Part shown: positions 26,856 to 26,987 of the stretch, piece by piece
Numbering within the stretch: position 1 is the first letter of the stretch
Layout: every line of letters begins with the position of its first letter
NCBI GenBank assembly: GCA_013813185.1
Contig: JACCSD010000114.1
Coordinates: 1 to 26,987 of the forward strand
Direction: 5' to 3'
DNA from: Burkholderiaceae bacterium
Lineage (GTDB): Bacteria; Pseudomonadota; Gammaproteobacteria; Burkholderiales; Burkholderiaceae_F
DNA: 26,987 nt
Notes under the pieces: model-generated
Database searches by the model: none
What the model was told of the DNA's origin: nothing
What the model saw: the letters and a program-made list of their open reading frames with translations, nothing else
Position numbers and translations under genes: made by a program

Positions 26856-26987
26856 ATGCCGGACAGCACGCTTGATTTGGAACTATCAACTCCTCCCGTC
26901 ACTGACAAGGGGCACGGAACGCGCGCGCTTGGCCCCAGCGATACGTCGGACAGCGGCAGCGACCTGCAGGGCCCGGGCATCTACGAG
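26856..26987 (+). CDS. Hypothetical protein, 5' part only (runs off the window)
   Basis: RBS AGGAG; MPDSTLDLELSTPPVTDKGHGTRALGPSDTSDSGSDLQGPGIYE...; no stop before the window end. Confidence 0.65.
   Translation, partial: MPDSTLDLELSTPPVTDKGHGTRALGPSDTSDSGSDLQGPGIYE

Noticed and set aside
1-26987. CRISPR arrays, tRNA/rRNA genes, IS elements
   Set aside because: No regularly spaced direct repeats with unique spacers, no cloverleaf with T-loop/CCA, and no transposase or integrase motifs found by eye.

Overview
GC-rich window with gene content and order typical of Betaproteobacteria (Burkholderiales-like; inferred from synteny, not searched). Left to right: (1) a structured palindromic stretch at 18-145. 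(2) A minus-strand run of an RND efflux pair (adaptor + permease), an unannotated 53-aa ORF and an unusual two-TM + BRO-N protein. (3) The nitrogen-control operon glnA-DUF4124-ntrB-ntrC with a recognisable sigma54 promoter and NtrC site. (4) The housekeeping block hemW-rdgB-rph-PP2C-Ser/Thr kinase, divergent from yicC-gmk-rpoZ-spoT, with greB convergent. (5) From about 20.1 kb to the end, an accessory cluster of small stress-type genes: BON lipoprotein, GlsB/YmgE, ElaB/YqjD-like, YqjE-like holin family, a lipocalin fusion and hydrophilic low-complexity proteins. The most interesting signal is in that last cluster. Five good sigma54 -24/-12 motifs (plus one weaker) precede its genes. It also encodes its own receiver-AAA+-HTH enhancer-binding protein and a sensorless histidine-kinase derivative that keeps the phospho-His but has lost the ATP-binding motifs. 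Together these suggest a sigma54/phosphorelay-driven general-stress module (inference). No tRNA, rRNA, CRISPR array, integrase or transposase was seen.
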